From Lophium mytilinum (lineage: Eukaryota), in assembly GCA_010093605.1 (NCBI GenBank), contig MU004185.1, positions 2,377,334 to 2,424,426 of the forward strand: a DNA stretch of 47,093 nucleotides, in the 5' to 3' direction. The notes beneath the pieces were generated by a model, which did not search any database, was not told the origin of the DNA, and saw only the letters and a program-made list of their open reading frames with translations. This document shows positions 1 to 11,463 of this stretch, in pieces (the first letter of the stretch is position 1; the number at the start of each line of letters is the position of its first letter). The position numbers were made by a program, and so were the translations under genes.

Positions 1-1001
1 ATTAGAAAGGACAAGGTATAGGCAGGTCTTAGGAGAGCATATGATATATGATTCAGTTTATGCATCTTGTATGTGGGGCCCCGGGGTAGGGTCAACATCT
101 GTTCCGCTACCGCCAAGTTTGGAGTGTCTTACTTAATATGTCACCATGCCTGCTACGTAAAATACCCGAGAGCGGGAGGCTGTGGAGAAAAGCGGGAATT
201 CCAATCAATCGGTTAGGCGGGGAGCTGGAACAAGGTGGTTGACAGGCACGACAGGGTCTGCATCCATCCTGTGCTAGGGTCTGTCGCAGGCACCTCGCCC
301 AGGATGTTGATGTATATACGGTTAGTGATATGCAGATCATGCGACGGTTAAACGGGCGTCCCGCAACCTCCCCTGTCCGCCTAAACCTTCCGGTTCATTT
401 GGTGAAAGCCGTTGAACTTTCCCTATTGCGACCTCATCATTCCAACTGGGAACGTAGCGTACCTAGGATCGTTTCCTAGTTAGTCATAGTGCTATACTGT
501 GCCGTTCAACCTCCTCAAAGCCAAGGTCCGTGGCGTCAACTCTTCCAAGATGTAAGAGGACTATTTACATCCAAGCCTTTAGTCTGTAAAAGGCCCCAGA
601 AATCCTGCCGTACAGCTCTTGTAAGCCCGTTCCCCTTTGTATGCGAAGTCCAGAGCCTTATAAAGCCGTATAGGCCGGACAAGTGTTAGTTCTCAAGCCC
701 CTGTTAAGAAGCAGAGATACATGTCTTAGCTTCAAGGAGATTGTGGTGCGTGTTGCGACGACCCACCGTTGCAATTCCCCTGAGTTCTATGGAGCAGAAG
801 CGAGTCAAGTTGGCCCCTGATAACTTGATCTTACAGTGCCTAGTTAGGTAGTATGATTGTCGGTCCTCCTGACCAAGGGCATATAAATCTGGGCGAAGAA
901 AGCTTCTTTAGCCCATCAGTCGCTCTTTCGCACCCGTCACTCGTTTATTGATCGCTGTGAGCATATCACTCAGGCGTTTTCTTCCCACGAAGTAGTTCAT
1001 C

Positions 1002-3023
1002 ATGCTTGTCCTCAAGGCCCTCTCCCTTCTTTCGCTTTTGTCCTCTAATGTGTTGTAAGTTTTCAATCTCCCCACTCTGAATAGAGGTGTACTAACTTAG
1101 TGTAGTGGTCATTCCAACCATGGAACGCTTCACAAACGAGGCAAAGTGAGCTCAGGGAAGGACGCTTCCTTGTTGGAAGAGTACGAATATGTCGTTGTTG
1201 GTTCCGGCCCAGGTGGCTCTCCCGTGGCCTCCCGCCTCGCTCTAGCCGGCCACACTGTCCTCTTGATTGAGGCCGGGCAAGACTTCTCGGGCGACCCAAT
1301 CTATGAGGTCCCCGTGATGCACATTTTCGCCTCCGAGTATAAGGACATGCGATGGTCGTTCTACGTGAACCATTTTGCGGACCTCGAGAAGCAGAAGAAG
1401 GATCCCAAGATGACTTACAAGCTCGCCGACGGTAGCCACTACATTGGTCTCGACCCCCCTGCTGGTGCCGAGCCCCTGGGTATTCTCTACCCACGCGCTG
1501 CGGCACTAGGTGGTTGCGCCGCCCATAACGGGATGATCACTGTGTATCCCAACAACAAAGACTGGACATACATTCAGGAGCTCACTGGTGATGACTCCTG
1601 GGAACAGACCAAGATGAGAAATTACTACAAGAAGGCCGAGAAATGCCAGTATCTCCTGAACGACCCCACCAGCCATGGATATTCTGGATGGCTTACCACG
1701 ACAACGACGCCTCTGTATCTCGTTGTGCAAGATCTCAAGATCATCTCTCTGGTCCTCGCTGCTGCAAGTGCCATTGGAAAGCACGTGGTTTCCTCGCTTG
1801 TTACTACTGTTACCGGCCTCGCAAACATTCTCGCCAACGATATCAACAGTGAGAACTTCGGTGCCGACTCCTCCCTTCACCAACTCTACCAGATCCCTCT
1901 CTTCATGCACGCCGGGAGGTACCATCGTGGTGGCCCGCGTGAGTTCGTGGTTGATGCTGCCTCCAAATCCCGCTTGGATGTGGTTTTGAACACATACGTA
2001 ACCAACGTCACATGGGACCTCTCTGGCGATGTTCCTAAGGCAACCGGAGTCAACTTCATTCAGGGTACCGGTGTATATGGGGCCGACGAGCGCGCAAAGT
2101 CTGCTCATCTGCCCGGTTCAGTCAAGGCCACTAAGGAAGTCATCATTTCGGCCGGCACCTTCAATACTCCTCAGATCCTCAAACTCTCAGGTGTAGGCCC
2201 GCGTGCGGAATTGGAGAGCTTCAACATTCCCGTCGTCAAGGACCTTCCTGGTGTTGGAACTAACATGCAAGATCGATACGAGGTCGGTGTGGCAGCCCAG
2301 GCTCCCACAGACTTTGCTCTGCTCAAAGGCTGCACTTTTCTCAAGGGCGAAGATCCGTGCTACGACAAGTGGAAGAACGATCTCCTGACGGGACCCTACT
2401 CCACCAATGGCATTGCTCTCGGTATCCTCCAGAGATCCTCCGTCGCCGAGGACGAGAATGCCGACATCTTCATGAGCGGCTTCCCTGGTCTCTTCAAGGG
2501 CTACCGTGAGCAGTATGCCGAGATCGCCATCGCTGAGCGCAACTGGTGGACCTGGCTCGTCCTGAAGGCTCATTCTCGCAACAATGCCGGTAGCGTACTT
2601 CTCAAGTCTGACAGCCCGTTCGATATGCCCAACATCACCTTCAACTCCTTCGGCGTTGGCGGCGCTGACGACCTTACTGCTATCCGCGAGGGTCTGGACT
2701 TCGGTCGCCGTGCCTTCAAGGACCTCATCCCTCTCGATGGCGACTTTACTGAGCACTGGCCGGGACCAAATGTCACGAGCGACGCTGACCTCGACGAGTT
2801 CGCTTCCAACGAATCTTGGGGTCACCATGCCTGCTGCACCGCCGCCATTGGCGCCGATGATGACAAGATGGCTGTCCTTGACTCAAGCTTCCGTGTCCGT
2901 GGTGTATCCAACCTCCGTGTCGTTGATGCTTCCGTTTTCCCTAAGATCCCCGGCTACTACATCTCGTTGCCCATCTACATGATCTCCGAGAAGGCCGCTG
3001 ATGTCATCCTCGCTGACGCGTAA
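1002..3023 (+). CDS. Secreted GMC oxidoreductase (AA3, choline-dehydrogenase-like); join(1002..1054,1106..3023), 656 aa
   Basis: Signal-peptide exon MLVLKALSLLSLLSSNVF, then an intron gtaagt...ctaac...tag that joins in frame. Motifs: FAD-binding VVVGSGPGG...LLIEAG, RAAALGGCAAHNGMI, SAGTFNTPQILKLSGVG, catalytic WGHHACCT and LRVVDASVFP. Confidence 0.93.
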
Positions 3024-4000
3024 CGAGTTCGTCCGTTGGGATCATGGCACGACGCATGGTATATCATTAGGTTGGTCGTTGTATCATGCTTCAAATAGAT
3101 GAAGGGGCTTGGTGTTCGGCTACATAGAGGGGAGGGTTCGCTTCGTTGTTATTAATTTGTAATGTGAATACATCTACCCTACTTTCTGCAGTGCTAGTGA
3201 TTGCTGGTCCTCCTAGTGATGCTCAAAGATTTGGAAACTGGCATTGGTCCCATAAAGAATCATCCAAGTAAAAGGCGCTTTTGGTATGATGGAAATGGAA
3301 AAGTCAGGATAAGGTAAAAGGCTGGGATTTCCAGCTATTCAAATGAGCAATGCATGTTGTGCGTGGTCATAGAGTTAAAATGGTGTAGGGTCTGGTCCGT
3401 TAAGCTATGGATTACGTTGAGCTACGTAGAGCTCGTCGATCTCTGCTCGTGCGTCGGTCTTTGATAGCAAGGAATAGACCTTTTTGGTGAGCGTGGTCTG
3501 TTCTAGTTATGTCCTGGGATATAGTATACTTCATGAACAAGGCTGAAGGTCCATCCTCCCCTTTTCTCATTTCTTGTGCGCCTTTGGTCGCGATACTGCT
3601 TTCAGTCAGTCTACATATTTCGGTGTCTTGACTGAGATGCCCTACCTGGTCCTATCAAGCGGTGTTCTGTGAAGGATCTTATCGTAGCAACCCTCCCCTT
3701 GGTTATTAAGCCTATCGTTGTTACTATCTGGATAAACTTTGCCGCATCCTCTTACAAGAATATGCCTCTACAGTGATGTCAACCATTATCAGCTCTCCTT
3801 TAAAGTGTGGCTTTACAAACCTCAAGAGCGTCCCTTCTTGAAAAGCTCTTATCACAGTGGTCGCAAGGGAACGGCTTCACAGCCAGATGTATGCGCTTGT
3901 GTCGTTTTAAATCATGGTTTCGATTGAAGCTTTGTGGGCACTGATCGCACTTGAACGGCCTGTCGTTCTTGAGCTGCGGCGACGGTGAGCGGTGTCCTCC

Positions 4001-4822
4001 CTAGATGTGATTCATATAAGCCGCACGCCCTCCGATGAAGCCAGGCATCATGGTATGTGGTATTGCACCTACTAGCGCGAGCTGGCCATTCGGACTGTTC
4101 ACATTCGAGAAGATAGGGCCTAGCGGAAGATGGCCACCAAACGGGCGCTGATATGGATGTGACAAACGCAACGGTTTAGACAGCAAGGACATAAGCTGTT
4201 CTTGGCTGTCCGCTGAGAGCCCCGGCGGGACCAGATTAAAATCCATTCCCGGTCCTTCAGGACTCCTGTCTTTCATGTTTACCACCGATGTCTGTAACGG
4301 AGTCATAGAGCGTAGTCTAGATTCGTCTCTACTGAGGACATCTGCTAGCTCAAAACGAGATCTCTTGCCGAGAACCAGACGAAGACCGCTTTGATCGTGC
4401 TGCTTTAGACCTTTCTGCTTGTCGCCGGCTCGAATAGAACTTGAAGATGCAAGAGAAGCGAGTGGCCATGAAATATGGTTGCTTTGTATGGCCGCGCTCA
4501 TAGCCAAGTTACGCGCAGCTTTTACTGTCTTCTGCACCATATGCGTCGCTTGTTTCTGAACCTGCTCTGGGGTCCAGTCAGGATGCTGGGTGCGAACTTG
4601 TTGCATGTATTGGCCGAGGACGAGGAGATGGCCGCTGTATCGAGACTCGTAGACGTCCCGTTGGGTGATATTTCGACCGATTGGTGCTATTCCTCGACTA
4701 GCATCCGCGCCGTCACCGAATTCTCCGTGTTGAGCCGGCTGGGGGCTTTCTCGTACTGGATTATTTGAGCCGGCCATGGGCGATAGCATTGGGAACCTGT
4801 CGCCAGCAACTATCTTCTGCAT
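4001..4822 (-). CDS. Hypothetical intronless ORF (first ATG at 4822); may be a gene relic
   Basis: Long open frame with no recognisable full domain. It contains one amphipathic segment, QQVRTQHPDWTPEQVQKQATHMVQ. Confidence 0.3.
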   Translation of the reverse strand: MQKIVAGDRFPMLSPMAGSNNPVRESPQPAQHGEFGDGADASRGIAPIGRNITQRDVYESRYSGHLLVLGQYMQQVRTQHPDWTPEQVQKQATHMVQKTVKAARNLAMSAAIQSNHISWPLASLASSSSIRAGDKQKGLKQHDQSGLRLVLGKRSRFELADVLSRDESRLRSMTPLQTSVVNMKDRSPEGPGMDFNLVPPGLSADSQEQLMSLLSKPLRLSHPYQRPFGGHLPLGPIFSNVNSPNGQLALVGAIPHTMMPGFIGGRAAYMNHI

Positions 4823-6597
4823 TTCCCGTTCTTTAGAGCGCCGCAGCACCGGCGCTCCAAGGCCCTTCACGTCTTTTATAGACTAGCCTCAAAATTGGTA
4901 GGAGGGGCGCCCACCAGGGTTCAAGGCGGGCCGGAATGTTCTAGTCGGGCGCCTTGGGACTGTGATTGCTAAAGGGTGTGTTTTAAGGTTTGGACAATCA
5001 GAGCACTGCATAAGGGAAGCTGCCGCTCAACTTAATCATCAAGAAAATTCAAGCTGGAAGGCTGAGGTTGTCGTGGGAGGCTTGGGTACAGAATTACGCT
5101 ATACTACAAACTTACTAGCCGAAAGCTTGCCAACAACTTTCTTCATCCGCCAATCACAAAAGACTAGTAGCATTTTCTATGACAAGGCCAATGCATCTTT
5201 GTATAATAATTTCCTTCGTCATCATATTCTTAGTAATAGAAATAGCGCATAGAGTACAGTGTAAATGAAACTAACAAATAACGAACAAGGGAGAGGCAGG
5301 GGATTGGAGCCATGCACGTGCCACGGTTAGGCATATTACAATTAGAAGCTCCCAATTATAGCTCCATAACTTGCGGTGCCGTCACAGGTTCTCACTCTCT
5401 TACATGCTATATACAAATGTGTTAGTAGAGTGAATGCAGCTCTCCGCCCTGCTACCGTATGTACTGAGATTGTTGAGACGGGGCTCTTGGCGCGCCTAAA
5501 CCTATCCGAGTTACTGCAGGTCCAGTCTCGGGCTGTCAGGCGCCGATAGGCCCACATTTCAGCTCGATCGCGGCGAGCTGATACGCTGGACCAGGTATGC
5601 TTAAGGTAGCGGTGCCAAGAGCCCCGTCTCAACAATCTCAGTACATACGGTACTACAAAGCTACTAAATTGCAAGATCACTAGTCGTTGTAGCACAAGAA
5701 GCTACACCGCCGCTAATTCCTACGGATCTTTTCCTATGAATCCGTAAAGCTCTCTAGGGTATATATTTGGTTATTATCAAACAAAACCCCCTCGCGTCAC
5801 GTCGATGTTATTATAGATTGACTGAAATAACTCGAATGGTTTCATCGCACTTAGCAACTCTAGTAGATTAAGCTTCGTGGAATCCCAGTCTTATTGTGGT
5901 CTTTCTAGGAGGTGCCAGCGGATCCGAACACCCCGTTAAAGAAACCCTTTAAACTTGTAAAACTCCTCTGCTTGACTTCAGCCGCATGAGTGGATTGTGA
6001 GGCTATCTTAGTACTGCGTCTTCTCCTGAAAAATGATGAGGGTGGAAATATAGTAGGTGGCGGTGTTTGTCGGTGGTCCAGGTAGTCCGTTCGTAGTATG
6101 GCTTAAGGCGACTTCTGGCTCTTGCTCCGGTCTTCAATAGCTATCAATCGGCATTTTCGGTGAGCGTGGTCTGTATTTGTCATGTCCTGGGATATGGTAT
6201 ATTTCAAGAACAAGGGAACGGGTCTATTTTCATGTCCTGTAGTCTCATCCACGCTTTCAGTCCTCATACCGGGTCCACGCGGAGTTCTATTATTTTGGGT
6301 TCTGGCCAAGGCGCTCCCGTATCTCGTCGAGGCAGGGAAAATGCCAGGCGAAGACTGCGTTGGGATGGGTTGCGACGATGTGCTCTTGCAACACAGTGTG
6401 ATGGATAGACGTCAAGCATCTAAGGCTGGAAAGGATGTTGAACGATATATGACTCTATTGTGGCTAATATCTGAAGAAAGTATGGAAGTGTTTTACCATG
6501 GACAGTTCAAGATGCTTTGAATGTCGGGAACTTGTAAGCCGGTTCTCCTATCCTGGGTGAGTTCCCATGAAGTAAATTGGAAGAGAAAAGGACAATC

Positions 6598-7578
6598 TTA
6601 CGCTGCATCATCACCCTTATTGGAGGTGATTCTGTGAACAGCGGCCTGGAGCTTCTTGTCATTGGCGTCTGTGAAGCCTTTCATAACGCTCTCAATGTCG
6701 ATAAGGACGTCGCCTGGCATGTCTGTTCGCTGTTGGATCGCGAAGTCGCCGAACACGCCGAGGAAGTCTTCAAGCCTCCACTTATCGATGGGCGGGCATT
6801 CATACTCGCCGTCTTCGGTAGGGGCAAGCAAAAACCTCAGATATGAAATTGCACTGAAAAACGGATTCCACTCCGGATCCATTTCGAAAGAACAATCAAG
6901 TCCCATGATTTCATGAATACTCAAATAAGCACGCGAGGCATCTTCAACGGCCAAGCAAACGATACCTGTCTCAGAAGTGGAACCATCAGCAACATAAGAC
7001 ATTCCAAAATCGATAAGGACAAGATCTGGGAGTCCAGAGAAATGCTGCTGAGACGGATTTAGCATGAAGTTACTAGGATGCAGATCGCCATGAAAGATTC
7101 GAAAGCGATTCAAACACGCTACGGCTTCAAAAAGTTGGAGACAGATGTGTGCTATAAACCCCTTAGGGATGTAGCCAAGCTTGCGTACAGATGTCAATGA
7201 GAATTCCGCTACATTTGGGCCAAATATGACGCCCATTGCGTACGAAGGTTTGTTGGTAGGGTCTTGAAGGTCGCTTCCCAGAAGGTTGATGAATCGATGT
7301 TGCAGATGGCCAAGTTCCAAGGCCTGGACGGCCTTCAAAACCGCCACTTCGTTCTCGATTTCCTCCTTGCTATCAGCATCCTCTTTTTTCAACCGCTTGA
7401 CGATGCACAGTTGTGCCTTGACTTCGGAAAGGCTGAAAATAACTTTCCCATTGCTAATCTCTTCGCAGTATGTTTGAGGTAATGAAAAGTACGTGCACCC
7501 GTAACGACCTTCGCCCGCGCCAACAACGTCTATGTACCTCATCGGGTCTTCTACTTCGGGGATGTTGACACCGGCCAT
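6598..7578 (-). CDS. Atypical protein kinase-like protein, 326 aa, intronless
   Basis: Gly-rich VGAGEGRYG, beta3 Lys CIVKRLK, helix-C EEIENEV, catalytic loop FHGDLHPSNFML and VLIDFG. No APE motif, and the C-lobe is divergent. Confidence 0.75.
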   Translation of the reverse strand: MAGVNIPEVEDPMRYIDVVGAGEGRYGCTYFSLPQTYCEEISNGKVIFSLSEVKAQLCIVKRLKKEDADSKEEIENEVAVLKAVQALELGHLQHRFINLLGSDLQDPTNKPSYAMGVIFGPNVAEFSLTSVRKLGYIPKGFIAHICLQLFEAVACLNRFRIFHGDLHPSNFMLNPSQQHFSGLPDLVLIDFGMSYVADGSTSETGIVCLAVEDASRAYLSIHEIMGLDCSFEMDPEWNPFFSAISYLRFLLAPTEDGEYECPPIDKWRLEDFLGVFGDFAIQQRTDMPGDVLIDIESVMKGFTDANDKKLQAAVHRITSNKGDDAA

Positions 7579-8406
7579 CTGACCTGATATCTTGAAAGTG
7601 GATATTGGAGCTTGACCTGATTATGTGCTCTGAAAAGGAGAAAACGTTGTTTCCGATCGATTCGTCGGGATGCGCAGCTGGATTTATGTGCTGCAGGTGT
7701 TATTGTAAGGCAACAACGCAAAATGTGAACTTTTGGGAAAGGTATACAATGCAAGGTGTACAATGTTAGCACATTCGAGCACACTAGAGAGCACTGTGCA
7801 TCTGAGCGCCCGTCATCAATGAACTGCAAAAGGTTTCCCTACTTGAAGACATGAAGTGGACTTTCTTATGGCCGTTAGACTGGATCTCTTCCTCAAGTGC
7901 CGTGGTTCTATGCATACGTTCTTTCTGTCACTGCTCTCAGATGGCAACGGTGAAGAGCCGGACGAAATGGAAGTAGTGGGGTGCGACATAATGAAAGTAT
8001 GAGCCGGGTGAGTATCTGTGCTAGCTTGAAGTTAGTAAGGTGTTTATGTTGGCTGCGATTGAATGGTCAGGTATTCGAATGTACGAACTGAGTATTGAGG
8101 TGAAAATCATACACTGAAGTTGAGAGAGTTACAGGGCTATAGAATGTCAAAATTGAACGCAGTACGCCTTATCCAACGATGTACTTTTACATCGGATTGG
8201 AATATCGAGATTATGGAAGAAGAAGAAGAAGAAGATCTAATGATGCTGGTAACATTTATTAGTCTGCCTCGGGAGATTCGTGGAGCAGATGGGACGCAAC
8301 CACATCCTGGAGCTTTCGCTCGAAAGTTGACAAAACTCTTGCTTTCTAGAACAATGGCAATGTCCTCAACGACTGCAGACTCCTTTTGAGCTCGGCGCTG
8401 GGGGGC

Positions 8407-8461
8407 TCACAACGATGCTAGAGTTAGCATTTACTCGTCACAATAATGCTAGAGTTAGCAT
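8407..8461. repeat. Two direct copies (31-bp period) of TCACAAnnATGCTAGAGTTAGCAT, each containing the palindrome ATGCTA-gagt-TAGCAT
   Basis: ATGCTAGAGTTAGCAT occurs exactly at 8415-8430 and 8446-8461. Confidence 0.8.
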
Positions 8462-8765
8462 ATACCTGGGAATTTTGTTCGAAGCGGTCTTGCGACGCAG
8501 GGCGTTGGAAGTCTCGATGATATTCCGAGGAAAGGGGCGAGCGGATACATTGCTCGGAAAGGCTAGACTGGCATTCACATTCCGGCAGGGATATCTCCTC
8601 CGACGACAAGCCGAGTTTCTGCGCTTGGCCACGCTCGCGACATCTTCACTCATTGAGTAGTCAGCATATACGAGAGCGAAGCCTTGTGCATAGTAGAGAC
8701 CGCGCAATGCCTCACACGAGAATCCGCAACTTTGCCCGTGTTCCTCACCTGCACCGACCTCAACC

Positions 8766-10281
8766 ATGCCGGACAGCTATGGAACTCCGGGATCCGCCAG
8801 TCCTGTCGAACACCACGGTGGGGGGATGAAACGTAACTTCACAACCACACTACACTCTGATTCACTGCATATGCTAAAATTGACGCAGACCGGAGAAACT
8901 CGACCGTCCTCAATCCAAAGTCCTACGTTACGCCTGAAGTTTGGACGCAAGCACCCGTGCTGAAAGGCAGCACCAAGTTCGAGCCTCTGCCGAATATCAA
9001 GAATATCATGGTCACAGGAGGCGCAGGCTTCATGTACGCCCCTCTTCCCCAGAGTCGATTGTGCAGTGAAACGATGCCTGCGCCACACAAGAGTACAAGC
9101 TGATCTCCTGTCCACCTAGAGCATGCTGGTTCGTCCGCCACCTGACCCTGACCTACCCGGAATACAACGTCGTATCCTTCGACAAGCTGGACTATTGTGC
9201 CACGCTCAATAACACGCGCGTTCTGGAAGACCGTCCCAACTTTGCCTTCGAGCAGGGCGACATCACTTCTGACGCGGATGTGAAAAGGTGCCTGCGGAAA
9301 CACAGCATCGACACCATTTTCCATTTCGCTGCCCAATCGCATGTCGATCTCAGTTTCGGGAACTCGTACCAGTTCACGAATACGAATGTCTATGGAACGC
9401 ATGTGCTGCTGGAGAGGGCGAGGGCGCACGAGGTGAAGCGGTTCATTCATATCTCGACCGACGAAGTGTATGGAGATGTGGCCGATGACGCAGACGACTT
9501 GAGCGAAACGAGCTTGCTTGCGCCTACGAACCCGTATTCAGCGAGCAAGGCGGCGGCGGAGATGATGGTCAACGCGTATCGGAAGAGCTTCAAGTTACCC
9601 GTCATTACGGTGCGGGCGAATAACGTGTATGGACCACATCAGTTTCCAGAGAGTGAGTATCGCTTCTTAGTCTTCGCACTGCTCACTCTGACAATGCCAG
9701 AAATCATACCAAAGTTTATAATGCTGCTTCAGCGGGGGAGCAAGTTACTTGTTCACGGCGACGGCTCGCCAACTCGACGATACCTGTACGCTGGAGACAT
9801 TGTAGACGCTTTAGACACCATCTTTCACAAGGGCGTAGTTGGGCAGATATACAATATCGCGACCCAAGATGAGGTTTCGAACACTGAAATATGCCACAAG
9901 CTACTGGACATCTTCGGCTTACCACACAGCACGCCCGAGGAGCTCAGTAGATGGGTGGAGCACACCGAAGACCGGCCGTTCAACGACCATCGTTATGCTA
10001 CCGACGGTGCGAAGCTGGCGGCATTGGGATGGCATCCTCAGACGAATTTCGATGACGGGCTGAAAACGACTGTGGACTGGTATAGACGCTTCGGTGAAAT
10101 GTGGTGGGGAGATATCAGCCGCATCTTGACTCCGTTCCCAGTCATAGAGGGGAATGAGGTCTGGACACGAGAAGAGCACGACGCGTTGCCGTCAGACGGA
10201 GAGTTGGGGCCAGAGGAGAATAGAATGAATTGGACGAAGAAGGCGCTGAATAGCCTTCAGGCTTCTGGCGACACGGTTTAG
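8766..10281 (+). CDS. UDP/dTDP-glucose 4,6-dehydratase (rhamnose biosynthesis, extended SDR); join(8766..8832,8889..9033,9120..9652,9701..10281), 441 aa
   Basis: Spliced frame gives NIMVTGGAGFIA, FDKLDYCA, HFAAQSHVDLSF, ISTDEVYG, NPYSASKAA, NNVYGPHQFPEKIIPKF and DRPFNDHRYA. All three introns are GT-AG and preserve frame. Confidence 0.93.
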
Positions 10282-11463
10282 AGGCTTCGCCCAGATGTTT
10301 GACTCTCTCAGCGCTTTGGTAGACCTTTTTGGACGAAAAATCCATCCCGACAGTATGTCGTACCCGGCTACGACGAGGAACAGATAATCACTTTGACCCG
10401 GCACGAATCCCAGCAAAGGCACGTCGCCATAACTAGGCTCATATTTTTTGGCCCAATGCCTTTGAGACCACTCCGATCGGCACAGATACCGTGTGCCATT
10501 GTTACGAGGTCGGCCCCATCCCAGACATAGTCGCCCATTCTTGACGGTTCCGAGACGCTTCCGCCTAATAGAAGACAATTGAAAAGGAGATAGGGCAATA
10601 TATGATGATACTCTGTGGGACTTGCTGCAAAGCCGCATCCTTCAATGCCATAGCTTTCAATTTTGCGAGTGCCAGCCTCGAACCGAAGAGCGGCAATGAT
10701 TTCAATGAATCCTTGAATGTTCCAAAGCATTGTGATGCGTGCTGGCCACTGCTTCGGTTCGATTTTGGCCATCCTAGCGACAGTGCTCTGGGCATCTGGT
10801 GGCGGTTTAGGATTTAGTATGGTGTGGATTTACCATGAGACTTGATACCCTGTTGCTAGAATCCGTTCGCTGATGGCGGGATGCAGCATCGGTTTCAGCA
10901 TGGTCGCAAGAGCTATTGTACTATTTTAGGAGACTTCCGGTGAGGCCATCTTTGGAAGAAGCTCTGTCAGCTTTTTTTCAATATCGCTAGCCGTCCTGGG
11001 TAGGGTTGCATATTCGCATTGTTGGAGTTTGGAGAGCATGAAATGTATTTTGCTTGTAGAAAAGAAGAACTTACAGCGACTCTGTTAACCAGAAGCCTCC
11101 TGCATCTCCTGTATGATGCCTGGCTAATTATAGTGAAGGTGGCTGAATCAAGGGTGGCTAGACTGTGGTGCAAACCGAACAAACACGTGCTCCGCCACAC
11201 TTCCACGACGTCCCCCGGCCCCAACTTCAGCTTCAGCTGTCCTGAGACACTACCCCTCTCCCTGACACACCTGAATTCAGCGCCTGCTACACCACGACAG
11301 CACTCCAATCCACTCCCCTCAACTTTTGTATCTCAATTGCCCTCTTCGACTTCTTTCACACCTCAAATACACCCGCCAGACTCACCCTGCGAGTCACCCT
11401 AGGTAGCCCCGCCCACCACTCACCATCCTCACAACCTCCTCGCAATCTCCTCACAACCCCACG

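Noticed and set aside
1063..2982. Many antisense and alternate-frame ORFs overlapping the GMC gene (likewise for AMS1, SEC9, the esterase and the dehydratase)
   Set aside because: These are shadow ORFs caused by GC3-rich codon usage, with no motifs of their own.
8216..8235. (GAA)n tract in a short ORF
   Set aside because: Ordinary microsatellite, and the surrounding ORF has no coding support.
8407..8461. CRISPR-like repeat-spacer appearance of palindromic repeats
   Set aside because: There are only two units with a very short spacer, the context is eukaryotic, and no cas genes are present.
9653..9700. Apparent hydrophobic insertion SEYRFLVFALLTLTMP in the dehydratase
   Set aside because: It is a 48-nt in-frame GT-AG intron; removing it restores the conserved QFPEKIIPKF.
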